A model generated the notes under the pieces. It made no database searches. It saw only the letters and a program-made list of their open reading frames with translations, and had not been told where the DNA came from. From Promethearchaeota archaeon (GTDB taxonomy: Archaea > Asgardarchaeota > Lokiarchaeia > Sigyniarchaeales > SOKP01), in contig JBHLMP010000009.1 in the NCBI GenBank assembly GCA_048938025.1, positions 17,130 through 81,129 on the forward strand: 64,000 nucleotides of DNA, written 5' to 3'. The first letter of the stretch is position 1, and every line of letters starts with the position of its first letter. Positions 48,878 through 59,389 of this stretch are shown piece after piece. The position numbers were made by a program, and so were the translations under genes.

Positions 48878-50182
48878 ATGGTTTCTATTTCTTTTTTAGG
48901 GGGATGTAGGGAAGTTGGTCGCTCAGCTATTTTAATAGAATCTAAGAGCGGAGTTAAATGTATCTTAGACTATGGTATTAGATTTGAGAATGAAGACAGA
49001 CTACCTTATGATACTAACTTAAACAATCTAAAAGCAGTTGCATTAACTCATAGTCATATTGACCATTCTGGAGCTTTACCATTCTTATATAAAACCTATG
49101 AAGGTCCATTCTTTACTAATCCAGTATCACTAGCAATTGTAGAAGTTCTTATTAGAGATATGATAAAAATATCTGATTTTCCTTATCCATTTGGTTTCAA
49201 GGAATTGGAAAAATTAAAACAGCATGCAAATTTTCTTAAAAATGAAGTTCGCCATAAAATTAAGGATAATTTTTTCATAACGTTTATTAATGCAGGACAT
49301 ATACCTGGAAGCGTTTCCATTCTTATAGAAGTAGATAATAAAAAAATTCTCTATTCGGGAGATATTAATACTCAACTAACGAACTTAATTAACCCCGCGA
49401 ATTCTTTAGATATTCCTGAATTAGATGCATTAATTATTGAATCAACTTATTCACTTAAAGAGCATCCTGATAGGGATCAACTCGAGAAAAATTTTGTAGA
49501 GAAAATAACTGATATTACTGAAAATGGAGGTAGTGTTTTAATTCCTGCTTTTGGAGTGGCTCGTTCACAAGAAGTCCTTTTAATTTTGGATAAATATAAT
49601 TATCTAGGTAAGATTTTTATAGATGGTTTAGCAAGAAAAGTCTCTATGGTATATTTAGATTACCCAGAGTCTATTAGGAGTCAAAGAATCCTTAAAAATG
49701 CTTTAAAAAAAACTCAATTTGTTATAAGAAGGAAGTTACGAAATGTCGCAAAAAATTCAAATGGAGTCATAATTACTCCTTCAGGTATGCTTAAAGGAGG
49801 TGCGGCAATTGAGTATATTCAAACAATTTTAAAAGATCCAACCTCTGCTGTTTATTTAGTTGGATATCAAGTAGAAGGATCTCCTGGAAGAGGACTTTTA
49901 GAAAATGGTATTTTTGAATTTCGAGAACGAGGACTCAAAAAACATACAATTGATAATATAAAAATAAGAGCTAAATGTGAATATGATTATTTTGATTTTT
50001 CAAGTCATGCTGATAATCTACATCTTTATGATTATATAGACAATTTAAATTTTTATGATAACTCAAATGATATTTTCTGTGTTCATGGTGATAATAGATC
50101 AACAACAAGTTTTGCAAGTGAGTTAGTAAAAAAAGGGTATAACTCAGTTGCTCCAGAGATAGGGGAAGTTTATAAAGTGTAA
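48878..50182 (+). CDS. Metallo-beta-lactamase / beta-CASP ribonuclease (aCPSF2-like)
   Basis: GGCREVGRS, THSHIDHSG, AGHIPGS, YSGD, ESTY, FSSHAD, VHGD. Confidence 0.9.
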   Translation: MVSISFLGGCREVGRSAILIESKSGVKCILDYGIRFENEDRLPYDTNLNNLKAVALTHSHIDHSGALPFLYKTYEGPFFTNPVSLAIVEVLIRDMIKISDFPYPFGFKELEKLKQHANFLKNEVRHKIKDNFFITFINAGHIPGSVSILIEVDNKKILYSGDINTQLTNLINPANSLDIPELDALIIESTYSLKEHPDRDQLEKNFVEKITDITENGGSVLIPAFGVARSQEVLLILDKYNYLGKIFIDGLARKVSMVYLDYPESIRSQRILKNALKKTQFVIRRKLRNVAKNSNGVIITPSGMLKGGAAIEYIQTILKDPTSAVYLVGYQVEGSPGRGLLENGIFEFRERGLKKHTIDNIKIRAKCEYDYFDFSSHADNLHLYDYIDNLNFYDNSNDIFCVHGDNRSTTSFASELVKKGYNSVAPEIGEVYKV

Positions 50183-50205
50183 CTATATTTAATTTGTTAC
50201 ATTAA

Positions 50206-51729
50206 TTAGGCCTTTATTTGTAATTGTTTTTTGATTATATTATTACAATTTTCAAGAAAAATTTCTATTTTATTAACAGGTACTTTTGTTCCGGCGGCAG
50301 GTGGATGTCCTCCTCCTAGTACATCTATATTTGAAAGTTTGCACGCGTCTCTGATAGCTTGTGAAAGGTTCACTCCTCTTTTTACAATTTTTTTATGTGC
50401 CCTTCCAGAAATTTTATATACCTCCTCATCTTCTCTTTTAACTACCCCAAAGATAGGTTTAGTTTTATCTATTCTATTACTTTTTTCAAAGATTAACATT
50501 GAGGTTATTGTTCCTATTATACTCTCTGGAATTATGTCTTCTCCAAAATAATACTGAATATATTCTTTTTCTTGAATTTTATTTTGCTCAAAAAGCCATG
50601 ATAAGCTTTTTACCAATATTTTTTTATATTCTATTAAATTATCATGAGATTTTTCATACGCAATTTTTCTATCTCCCATTGCTATTGCTATTCCTAACGA
50701 GGCACTATTTGTACGTCCACATGCATTTAATAGATTAGAAAATTCAGCTATATCATGAAGCTCAGAACCAACCTTTTCCTTTATTAATAGGTATCTATTA
50801 ATTATTAGTTTTTCTATGATTTGACTTGGTTCTATATTGAATTTAACTGAAGCATATTCAATTATTGTTGATGATATCTTTTGTTTTTCTTCTTGGTTTA
50901 AATCATTTAATGTTTTGATTTTTCCTTCAGAATTTTCCATTAAAATTCCCGAAGTTTGTAAAAGTTTTAAAGATCTATTAGCATCATTAGTTAGTCCTGG
51001 TAAATTTATATCCTTAGAAAATGCTAATGCTTCATTCAAAGGTTTTATCGCTGAAAAGTTCAAATCATTTACAACTTCAATTAAATTAACACTCTTAGCA
51101 TCTTCTAAAATTAAAGAATTGATTCCAATAAATGATTTATTAGGTCCCTGATTTTGAATATCTCCATTAGCACCTATTAATGCAATAGGTGAGAGGTCGA
51201 TATTTTTCTCATTTAAGCACTTTGAGAAATAATAACAAATTCCTGCTCCAGAAATCTCATAACTTCCGTCGATCCCATAAAAATAAGGATTTATATGCCA
51301 AGGACTAGTTTCTTCATAGAGTTTTCTAAGCATATCAATTTCATTTTTATCAGAAATTTTTTGAGGGAGGTGGTGATCAAATATTATTAAGTTATGGAAC
51401 TCTTTCTCATGGAATAATTGTTTTTGAAGTTCCAAGTATTGACCACTCCCAAAATCTGAGAATATTAGTAAATTATTATAATTATTGACCTGATCAGAGA
51501 TTTTACTAATTTCTTCTCTTTCTAACTGTTTTAGAACTATAATTTGATACGGAATCCTTTCTCGATAAAAAGTTTTGCCAAGAATTGCTCCAGAACTTAA
51601 ACCATCAGCATCCAAATGAGTATAAATACGAATTGATGATTCTAATTCTTTTATTTGTTCATAGAAATATTGTTTCACCTTATTTAAATCCTTCTCCAAT
51701 TTATTTAATTTCTTGATAGTATCGCTCAT
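50206..51729 (-). CDS. RecJ/Cdc45-like DHH phosphoesterase (GAN-like)
   Basis: HLDADG, SDFGSG, FDHH, GD.Q, LNACGR, DHHA1 GGGHPPAAG. Confidence 0.9.
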   Translation of the reverse strand: MSDTIKKLNKLEKDLNKVKQYFYEQIKELESSIRIYTHLDADGLSSGAILGKTFYRERIPYQIIVLKQLEREEISKISDQVNNYNNLLIFSDFGSGQYLELQKQLFHEKEFHNLIIFDHHLPQKISDKNEIDMLRKLYEETSPWHINPYFYGIDGSYEISGAGICYYFSKCLNEKNIDLSPIALIGANGDIQNQGPNKSFIGINSLILEDAKSVNLIEVVNDLNFSAIKPLNEALAFSKDINLPGLTNDANRSLKLLQTSGILMENSEGKIKTLNDLNQEEKQKISSTIIEYASVKFNIEPSQIIEKLIINRYLLIKEKVGSELHDIAEFSNLLNACGRTNSASLGIAIAMGDRKIAYEKSHDNLIEYKKILVKSLSWLFEQNKIQEKEYIQYYFGEDIIPESIIGTITSMLIFEKSNRIDKTKPIFGVVKREDEEVYKISGRAHKKIVKRGVNLSQAIRDACKLSNIDVLGGGHPPAAGTKVPVNKIEIFLENCNNIIKKQLQIKA

Positions 51730-51845
51730 TTTTCTTGAGTTAAATCAAATCATAATTTTAAAATCAATAATATATTATAGATTATCAAAATAATAATAAA
51801 TACTCAATTATTAATTCAAAAAGTAAACTTTTGAAGTGAAATATA

Positions 51846-52841
51846 TTGCATCATGTAAAAATTAATGAGCTAAGCCTAACATTAGTCAATGACATAATTA
51901 AAAATAAAGAGTTATATGGTGCACAAGTAACAAAACTAAACAGTGGTCATACAGTTATAGATATGACAAATGCATCATGGATTGGAGGCAAGTTAGTAGG
52001 AGAAATTTGTATGGGAGGATTAGGGGCTGTAGATTTTACTAGTTACAATTTAGATGGACATTATCTTCCGGCTGTAAATGTTTATACTTCATTTCCTATT
52101 ATTTCTTGTATGGCATCTCAATTAGCAGGTTGGAATCTAAAATTGAAAAAGGAAGTTGAAAAGAATGGTGAATTAAAAAAGAAAGTTGTTTTTCAATCTC
52201 TAGGTTCTGGTCCAGCACGAGCTAAAGCAAAAACAGAAAGATTGTTTGAAGAAATTAATTATATTGATGAATCAGACTGTGCTATTGTCTTTTTTGAAAC
52301 AAGAAAAATGCCAAATGAGGAGGTTATGGCAATTGTCTCTAATAAATGTAAGGTAGAAGCAGAAAAAACATTTGCTGTATGTGCCCCTACCGCTTGTCTA
52401 ACTGGATCAATTCAAGTTGCAGCTAGAATAGTTGAAACCGGTATACATAAATTACATGAAATCCATTTTCCATTAGAAGTTATAAAGGATGGATTTGGAA
52501 CTACAGCAATTGCTCCTATAGCTAAAGATGATTTTGCAGCTATGGGGGCTACAAATGATTCCATTATTGCTGCTGGAATGACATTCTATACTATTGAAGT
52601 AGATAAAGAGAAAGAATCAGAATTATTTGATCTTCTTAAAAAAGCTCCTGCTAGCCAATCTTCAAGTTACGGAAAACCATTTAATGAGATCTTTAAAGAA
52701 GCTAACTTTGATTTCTACAAAATAGACCCAGGATTATTTGCTCCAGCACTTTACACAATAAATAATATCAAAACAGGAAAATCAATAACGTTGGGAAAAA
52801 TAAACCATGAATTATTAAAACAATCCTATGGATTTATTTAA
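51846..52841 (+). CDS. mch: Methenyl-H4MPT cyclohydrolase
   Basis: EICMGGLG, CMASQLAGW, GSGPARA, ARIVETG.HK, TND, FYKIDP.LFAPA. Confidence 0.95.
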   Translation: MHHVKINELSLTLVNDIIKNKELYGAQVTKLNSGHTVIDMTNASWIGGKLVGEICMGGLGAVDFTSYNLDGHYLPAVNVYTSFPIISCMASQLAGWNLKLKKEVEKNGELKKKVVFQSLGSGPARAKAKTERLFEEINYIDESDCAIVFFETRKMPNEEVMAIVSNKCKVEAEKTFAVCAPTACLTGSIQVAARIVETGIHKLHEIHFPLEVIKDGFGTTAIAPIAKDDFAAMGATNDSIIAAGMTFYTIEVDKEKESELFDLLKKAPASQSSSYGKPFNEIFKEANFDFYKIDPGLFAPALYTINNIKTGKSITLGKINHELLKQSYGFI

Positions 52842-52912
52842 TTAAAAATAAGCTAAATAATTAGAAATATGTAAATTCAAATTTTTTTTATTTTTCTTTA
52901 ACAGATTTATAC

Positions 52913-53956
52913 TTAAATATTGGTTAATTCTTCTTGATATTTTAAAATTTCAGCTACTGGAATATCACTATCAAACACAATTTTTTCCTGAATCCCTAAA
53001 TATGCACATGCAATTTTTGCGGCAGCAACAATTTCAGCTTTCTTAAGTGTTATTGAATACTCATCTTGCTGAACTTGATCTTCTTGAAAATGATTTTCTT
53101 GAAATTGTCTATCTTGTAGATGGTAAGCTCTTTCACTTTTCATTTTATATAACAATGAGCCCATTTTTTCAGCAACTTTAAAAGGCAATTGATTTTTTAC
53201 TACTACTCGAATGATATTATTAATATCAAAATAATTTAGGGTTTCAAACTTGGCACGTAAAAAGCTTTTTAAATTTTCAGAGTTTTGTTCACATTCTTTT
53301 TCTGTCCAATCGTAAATAGCTAACTTTCTTCTAAAAAATATTAATTCCCAATTAATATTCATTTCTTTTAATAGTTCAAGTAATTTATCATCATTAGCTT
53401 TTTTAGATTCTATAATAATATAAAGTTGAAGTCCATAATATTTATGTTCCTGCTGAAGAAAAAATCCTCTTTGTTGCATAGAGGCAAGGATGAGGAGTTT
53501 AAATGAATAAATATTGTCTGATATATTCTTTTTTCCACAATTCAAATATATTACATTTCCCTCTTCACTAACATATTCACTATCCAAAAAACCTAGTATA
53601 CTTTCACTATTTTCTCTAATAAAATCTCGCAATCCGCTTAAGGTAGGTTTAACATCAAATTTTATTAAATCACTTTCTGCAACCGTAACATAATCATTAT
53701 TGTTGCTTCCGATAGCTAATTTAATTGAATTTAATTTTAGTTCTTTATCAGTTCCAAAAACTTTTTTAAAAACTTTATTAATTGGAAATACTTCATTCTC
53801 CAAAATTTTTAGATCTGCCATAGAACTCTCATAAGGTTCAGGATCATTTAATAGTTTATTTAAAATAGGAGCTTCTGAAGCGTCAACTTCAATTTCATAA
53901 GATTTTGCTAAGTCCTTACGAATAGTACAAACAGATCGGTTCTTTTTATTATACAT
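52913..53956 (-). CDS. Hypothetical protein, possible C-terminal TFB/cyclin-like helices
   Basis: 347-aa ORF; frame stays open 32 codons further upstream; the C-terminal LP..VAE and IVAAAKIAC segments loosely resemble a TFB cyclin repeat. Confidence 0.6.
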   Translation of the reverse strand: MYNKKNRSVCTIRKDLAKSYEIEVDASEAPILNKLLNDPEPYESSMADLKILENEVFPINKVFKKVFGTDKELKLNSIKLAIGSNNNDYVTVAESDLIKFDVKPTLSGLRDFIRENSESILGFLDSEYVSEEGNVIYLNCGKKNISDNIYSFKLLILASMQQRGFFLQQEHKYYGLQLYIIIESKKANDDKLLELLKEMNINWELIFFRRKLAIYDWTEKECEQNSENLKSFLRAKFETLNYFDINNIIRVVVKNQLPFKVAEKMGSLLYKMKSERAYHLQDRQFQENHFQEDQVQQDEYSITLKKAEIVAAAKIACAYLGIQEKIVFDSDIPVAEILKYQEELTNI

Positions 53957-54187
53957 TGAAATAGATGTATGATCATCAATTACCGCTCGAAATTTTTCAA
54001 TGTATTTATTTTCCGTACTTTCCGAGAGAGTCCTTCTACGACGAATTCTTAATCAACTTATTGATATTAAAAAATTTCATGTAAGTTATTTTAAATAAAA
54101 AAATCCAATCTTAAATTCTTATCTAAAAAAAAAAATAACATTTCTCTTTAAATTTTAAGTTGAAATTAAATAATATTCAAAATTTTC

Positions 54188-54367
54188 TTATTCCTTATTT
54201 TGCTCAATAAAATAATTATCTCCTTTTTTAATATACACAATTGTAGAGCCAAAATTATTACGTACAGTATATTTAGCACCTTGAACATCTAAAATCTCTA
54301 TAGAATAAGATAGTCTCCGCTTTTTTAAGATATCATCAATTATCCTTTTTTCTTCTTCCGAGTCCAT
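54188..54367 (-). CDS. Small 59-aa hypothetical protein (not in ORF track)
   Basis: Manual translation MDSEEEKRIIDDILKKRRLSYSIEILDVQGAKYTVRNNFGSTIVYIKKGDNYFIEQNKE*; protein-like composition within an AT-rich gap. Confidence 0.7.
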   Translation of the reverse strand: MDSEEEKRIIDDILKKRRLSYSIEILDVQGAKYTVRNNFGSTIVYIKKGDNYFIEQNKE

Positions 54368-54730
54368 AATTTTGTTTCATTTCACAATACAAAAAAAGGT
54401 TATGATTTTAATTCATCAATAACAAACAAAAATTATAATCCAATAAATCTATGAATTATTAAAGATTTATATTTATAAATTTGATGATCATTAAATAATC
54501 TAAATATAGAATTGTCAAAATTGAGATAGGAATAAACAAATAATCGCTTTTGCTTTTAAGTTTTTTCCGTCTTTGTCTTATTAAAAATTCGCCCATTTTT
54601 TAATAAAAGAAATGATTTAATAATTAGATAATCTTTTGATTAAATATTACCAGAAATTGTTTTACAATTTTTAATTGATCAAATATTTCAATAGCGCATT
54701 TAAACTACTTTTAACTGCCGAGGCAATTAT

Positions 54731-55981
54731 ATGGCTAAGGATAAACTGAATATCGGTTTTTTCACGAGTATGTATAGTCAAATTAACGGAACTGCAATTT
54801 CAGTTCGAAATCTAGCTGAAGCAATGGCAAAACACACTCATCATAATATACATGTTTTCGCACCAGGAATTCAAAAGCCTAAAAACGGACCAAAAAATCT
54901 TCACCTTCATAACTTTTTTGGAGCTAAAATTAGTCCTAAAACGGGATTTGTACTAAGTTTTCCAATACATAAATATTTTTTCTGCAATAAAAACTATTTA
55001 GATATTGCTCACATCCATACACATGCCACAGTTGGAAGTATGGCAATTAATTGGGCTAAATATCTTGGTATACCAATGGTGGGGACACATAATTCTCCAT
55101 TATCATTTTACACATCACAATATATTCCTGTAGTTGGAAAACTTCTTTCAAAAATGGACTGGGTGTGGCGATATGAAAGACATATATTAGATAAATACGA
55201 TTTAGTAGCTGTTCCAACAAAATCTAAAAAAGATCTACTTATAAAACAAAGATTTAAAGAACCAATTGTTTGTTTAACCAATGGAATAAATGATATTTAT
55301 TATAATGATTTAAAGGAAAACGGTATTCGCGATCAATACAATCTAGGAGATAAAAAAGTGTTGTTATATGCTTCTAGATTATCTCCTGAAAAACATCAAA
55401 TAAATATTATTAAATCATTTAAAAAGATTCACAGAGAAGTACCAGATTCTCATTTACTCTTAGTAGGAAGTGATGGTCCCTCAAGTGATCATGTGAAAAA
55501 ATTAATAAGAAAAAAGAATTACAGGGAATTTGTTTCATATGCTGGCAGAGTTCCATTCAATGATCTATTAAAGCTTTATAATACTGTCGATCTATCTTGT
55601 TTATGGTCTTGGGTTGAGGCAGAAGGATTAGTATTAATTGAAGCAATGGCTCAAGGAACTCCAAGTGTAGGAGCTAATGCATGTGGAATTTCAAATGTAA
55701 TTAGACATGGAAAAACAGGTTATCTTGCCAATAATTTAGAAGATTTCAAAGAAAAAGTAGTGAAATTATTTAAAGATGATGATCTTAGAACTGAGTTTGG
55801 TGAAAATGCTAAGAGAGTTGCTGAAAGTTATAGAATGAGTAATGTAGCTAAAACTTGGATAAAGCTTTATGAGTTTATAATAGAAGAACTGTATCCATTG
55901 AGGTATTACAGAAAAGATAGAAAATATCGAGTAGAATTAGTCAAGGAGTTTGTTAAAGAATTACCAATTGTACGGTTCTAA
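54731..55981 (+). CDS. GT4-family glycosyltransferase
   Basis: Y..QING, HIHT, SRLSPEK, EAEGLVLIEAMAQG.P. Confidence 0.92.
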   Translation: MAKDKLNIGFFTSMYSQINGTAISVRNLAEAMAKHTHHNIHVFAPGIQKPKNGPKNLHLHNFFGAKISPKTGFVLSFPIHKYFFCNKNYLDIAHIHTHATVGSMAINWAKYLGIPMVGTHNSPLSFYTSQYIPVVGKLLSKMDWVWRYERHILDKYDLVAVPTKSKKDLLIKQRFKEPIVCLTNGINDIYYNDLKENGIRDQYNLGDKKVLLYASRLSPEKHQINIIKSFKKIHREVPDSHLLLVGSDGPSSDHVKKLIRKKNYREFVSYAGRVPFNDLLKLYNTVDLSCLWSWVEAEGLVLIEAMAQGTPSVGANACGISNVIRHGKTGYLANNLEDFKEKVVKLFKDDDLRTEFGENAKRVAESYRMSNVAKTWIKLYEFIIEELYPLRYYRKDRKYRVELVKEFVKELPIVRF

Positions 55982-55997
55982 ATTGTTTCAAAAATTT

Positions 55998-56768
55998 TTA
56001 GAAATTAAAATTAATACGTTTTCTTTCTAATTTTTGCTCACATTTTTCACATAAATAAACTGATTTTTTATCAATATCCTCAATATTGACAGAAAAACGC
56101 ATTACACATAAATTGTTGTCACAATGTTCAGGACCTAATACCAGATGCCCAATTTCATGTATTGTTTCTTTAATCACTCTTTCATTAAATAAATCTTGAT
56201 TATCTTGCCTTTTATAAAAATTCTCTTTTAAAATTAGTGTAGACACTATCGAACATTGATGTCTTAAGTGAGTTTCTCCAAACAAGAAGAAAATATTATC
56301 TTCACTACTTGAATAAATAGGAAGGTTTGTAATGGCAAGTATCATATCAATGTTCTCTTCTTTTTTTTTATTTATTAAAATTTGATAAAATTTATTTGTT
56401 GGATGAAGTCCTATTCTTTCATTATTTTCTGTCATTTTAAATTCATTTTTTACCCCTTTATTGAAAATTTCTTTAGAAAAGGTATAATCACCTAAATTTC
56501 TAAAATCATAAAAGAAAGAATCAAATATCAGATTTAGATTCATTTTAATTGTGTTAAATAACGTATCCTTAAAATCTCCGCAAAATAATACTCCTAAATG
56601 ACATGGAAAAATTAATTGCTTTGGTGATTCTGCAATTAATTCAAACTCTTCTTGATGATAAATACCTATTCGAAAAACTAATCTTTTTAATTTGTCTTTA
56701 AATTTTATTTCAGATAATCTCTGAAAATATTTAGATAATTTTTCTTCGTATTTTTGAAATTTTACCAT
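55998..56768 (-). CDS. Archaemetzincin (M54) zinc metalloprotease
   Basis: HEIGHLVLGPEHC...CVMRFS...D.K...LCEKC. Confidence 0.88.
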   Translation of the reverse strand: MVKFQKYEEKLSKYFQRLSEIKFKDKLKRLVFRIGIYHQEEFELIAESPKQLIFPCHLGVLFCGDFKDTLFNTIKMNLNLIFDSFFYDFRNLGDYTFSKEIFNKGVKNEFKMTENNERIGLHPTNKFYQILINKKKEENIDMILAITNLPIYSSSEDNIFFLFGETHLRHQCSIVSTLILKENFYKRQDNQDLFNERVIKETIHEIGHLVLGPEHCDNNLCVMRFSVNIEDIDKKSVYLCEKCEQKLERKRINFNF

Positions 56769-56978
56769 TATTAGAATTAAATAAAGAAATATCCAATTAA
56801 ATAATTTCTTATAATAATTTAAAGAGATAAAAACCTTAAGAGAGATGTATTAATTTTATCAACCTACGTTTCTTTTAATCAGAAGAAAAATTAGCATACA
56901 AGAATTTAATTTATTATCTATAGGTATTTAAATTATTAAAGATATTAAAAATTAAAATATAAAAATTTTGCTTAAGTC

Positions 56979-58019
56979 ATGTCAGAGAAATCAGAAAATT
57001 CAGATAATTTAAAACTAAATGAAGAGAGAGTTATTACGACTATGGAAGATAAAGCTTCAGAAAAAGATATTGTTGAAAAAGATTTTATTCCGCACTTTTT
57101 TCCAACATATAGAATCAAAAGAAAATTATATTCTCTCCCAATAATTATTGTAGTGCTAGTAGCTGGATTATTAGCTTATTTAACATATATTGAAGCGGGC
57201 GTTCAGATAGAAGGCGGTTATTTTTCTGAAAGTGAATTGGGAGCTCTAGGTGGTTTATTAAATGGCTTAATATATACAGCTTTAGCAGTAGTATCTGCAT
57301 TTGTAATAATTTATTTTGTAAAACGAAAAGGAATTGATATTTTAAGATTCATATTTGGGATAAGTTTTGGTTTAGTTGGATTTTTTCAAACTTGGTTTTT
57401 TGGACAGATTATAATATTTCTAATTTTTTATAAATCTCCTATATTGTTTTATCTTTTTTATTTTGAGCTAATCTTTTTTTCAGCTGTCTTAGTAATGGTT
57501 ATGCTCTATAAATATTTTACTTCTGTCTCAATTAATACAAAAAATTTTATAGTCTTATATATTGGATTATTAATAGGTGCTTCAATGGGAGTATTAATGC
57601 CACTTTGGACTACTTTGGCCATTTTAATTGGTATTTCTTGTTGGGATATATATGCTGTGTTGTCTAAAAAGGGACCAATTAAACAGATGATTGATTTTGC
57701 TTCTAATTCTGGTGATCCAGAAAATTTACTTGAAGAAGAACAGAAAGAGAAAATTAAAAGTGGGGATCTTATCTATGATACTTCTAAATTAGAAATTGGA
57801 ATAGGTGATTTAGCATTCTATAGTATGCTCACATCAAGCGCACTTGTACAGACAAATAATATAATTGTTATGCTTTTTACTGCGATTGCAATAATAATTG
57901 GTACAGGAATAACCATTAATGGATTAAAACGCAATAAAATATTACCTGGTTTGCCTATTTCTATCTTTCTTGGTATTGGAACGATGTTAATATCTTGGTA
58001 TTTATTCTCAATATTATGA
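56979..58019 (+). CDS. Presenilin-family intramembrane aspartyl protease
   Basis: About 9 TM; catalytic WD (ISCWDIYAVL), GIGD (GxGD) and LPGLPISI (PALP-like) motifs. Confidence 0.9.
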   Translation: MSEKSENSDNLKLNEERVITTMEDKASEKDIVEKDFIPHFFPTYRIKRKLYSLPIIIVVLVAGLLAYLTYIEAGVQIEGGYFSESELGALGGLLNGLIYTALAVVSAFVIIYFVKRKGIDILRFIFGISFGLVGFFQTWFFGQIIIFLIFYKSPILFYLFYFELIFFSAVLVMVMLYKYFTSVSINTKNFIVLYIGLLIGASMGVLMPLWTTLAILIGISCWDIYAVLSKKGPIKQMIDFASNSGDPENLLEEEQKEKIKSGDLIYDTSKLEIGIGDLAFYSMLTSSALVQTNNIIVMLFTAIAIIIGTGITINGLKRNKILPGLPISIFLGIGTMLISWYLFSIL

Positions 58020-58106
58020 TTTTAAAACTTTAAAGTTTAATTCATATTAATTTATTAAATAACATACTTCTAAAAATAATATAGATAAGAAAAATAGTTG
58101 AATATT

Positions 58107-59294
58107 ATGGTTGATACTAGTTATATCAAAAAAATCGCAGTAGTAGGGGCTGGAACAATGGGACGCGAGATTGCCCAGGTTGCACTTATGGGGGGTTTTG
58201 AGAAGGTCTTTTTATATAGTAGATCGATCGAAACAATTACTAAAGCAAAAATTTTTATTGAAAATGGTTTAAAAAAACTTAAATCAAAAGGTATTCTTGA
58301 TGAGGGAGTTACTCCAAAGTTGTTAATGGAAAATCTGATACTAAATAGGGACCTAGAAAAAACTGTTGAGAATGCTGACTTTGTGATTGAATCTGTACCA
58401 GAAAATATGGATCTCAAACAAGAAATTTTTAAAAAATTAGGGAACTTCGCTCCCAAGCATGCTATTCTAGCAACAAATACATCAACAATGAGTATAACAA
58501 AAATAGCAGAGACTTCTAGAAGAGCCGATAAGGTTATTGGTATGCATTTTTTCACCCCTATTGTAGTTCTAAGGTTGATTGAAGTTATTAAGGGGGGTAA
58601 AACTTCCCAAGAAACATTTGATATTAGTATTGCAATTGGTGAGAAATTTCCCGCGTTAAAAGGTAAAAGATACATAGCAAAAATTGAAAAAGAAAGTCCT
58701 GGCTTCATTGTTAATAGATTAACTATTAGTACTAGTTTATATCTAAATTGGCTTCTTGACATGGCTATGGAAAAAGGCATTCCAATAGAAAATATTGATA
58801 ATGATGTTGTCTCTTATCCTGGTATAGGACCATTTGCAAAATGGGATTATTTCGGTATTGATGTAGTGTGTGATACTCGTAATTATTTCGCTAAAGAATT
58901 ATCCCCTGAATTTGCTCCAGGAAAAACTCTTAAAACTTTATTAAAAGAGGGGGAATTAGGAAAAAAGACAGGAAAAGGACTCTATGAGTGGAAAGAAGGT
59001 AAACATATCATTACTAGCAATGAAAAAGCAAACCTTTTCAACTTAGAATTATTTTATGCAATACAATTAAATGAGGGTTGTAGACTTTTAGAGGAAGGTA
59101 TTGTTAGTAGTTATAAGATCATAGATGATACTATGCTCGCAGGTATGGATATGCCAGGACCATTTAGTGCTGGAAAAAGAAAATATAAAGAGTGGGCAAA
59201 ATTGTTAGAGGATTTTGTGGAAAAAAGTGGAATAACATATCTTAAACCATGTGATTTAATGAAATCAGGTGGTTTTCTTAACATGAGAAAATAA
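58107..59294 (+). CDS. 3-hydroxyacyl-CoA dehydrogenase (duplicated C-terminal domain)
   Basis: VVGAGTMG, VIESVPE, ATNTST, GMHFF.P, PGFIVNR, GKKTGKG. Confidence 0.92.
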   Translation: MVDTSYIKKIAVVGAGTMGREIAQVALMGGFEKVFLYSRSIETITKAKIFIENGLKKLKSKGILDEGVTPKLLMENLILNRDLEKTVENADFVIESVPENMDLKQEIFKKLGNFAPKHAILATNTSTMSITKIAETSRRADKVIGMHFFTPIVVLRLIEVIKGGKTSQETFDISIAIGEKFPALKGKRYIAKIEKESPGFIVNRLTISTSLYLNWLLDMAMEKGIPIENIDNDVVSYPGIGPFAKWDYFGIDVVCDTRNYFAKELSPEFAPGKTLKTLLKEGELGKKTGKGLYEWKEGKHIITSNEKANLFNLELFYAIQLNEGCRLLEEGIVSSYKIIDDTMLAGMDMPGPFSAGKRKYKEWAKLLEDFVEKSGITYLKPCDLMKSGGFLNMRK

Positions 59295-59389
59295 AGTAAA
59301 ATTACCAACCTAAACCTTAATAATTAAATAATTAATTAACTATTATTATAGCATTAACTCTATATAATTAATATTTTTCTTGTATTTCT

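Noticed and set aside
54578-54606. Inverted repeat ttattaaaaa-N9-tttttaataa upstream of the glycosyltransferase
   Set aside because: A purely A/T 10-bp stem is expected by chance in this very AT-rich gap.
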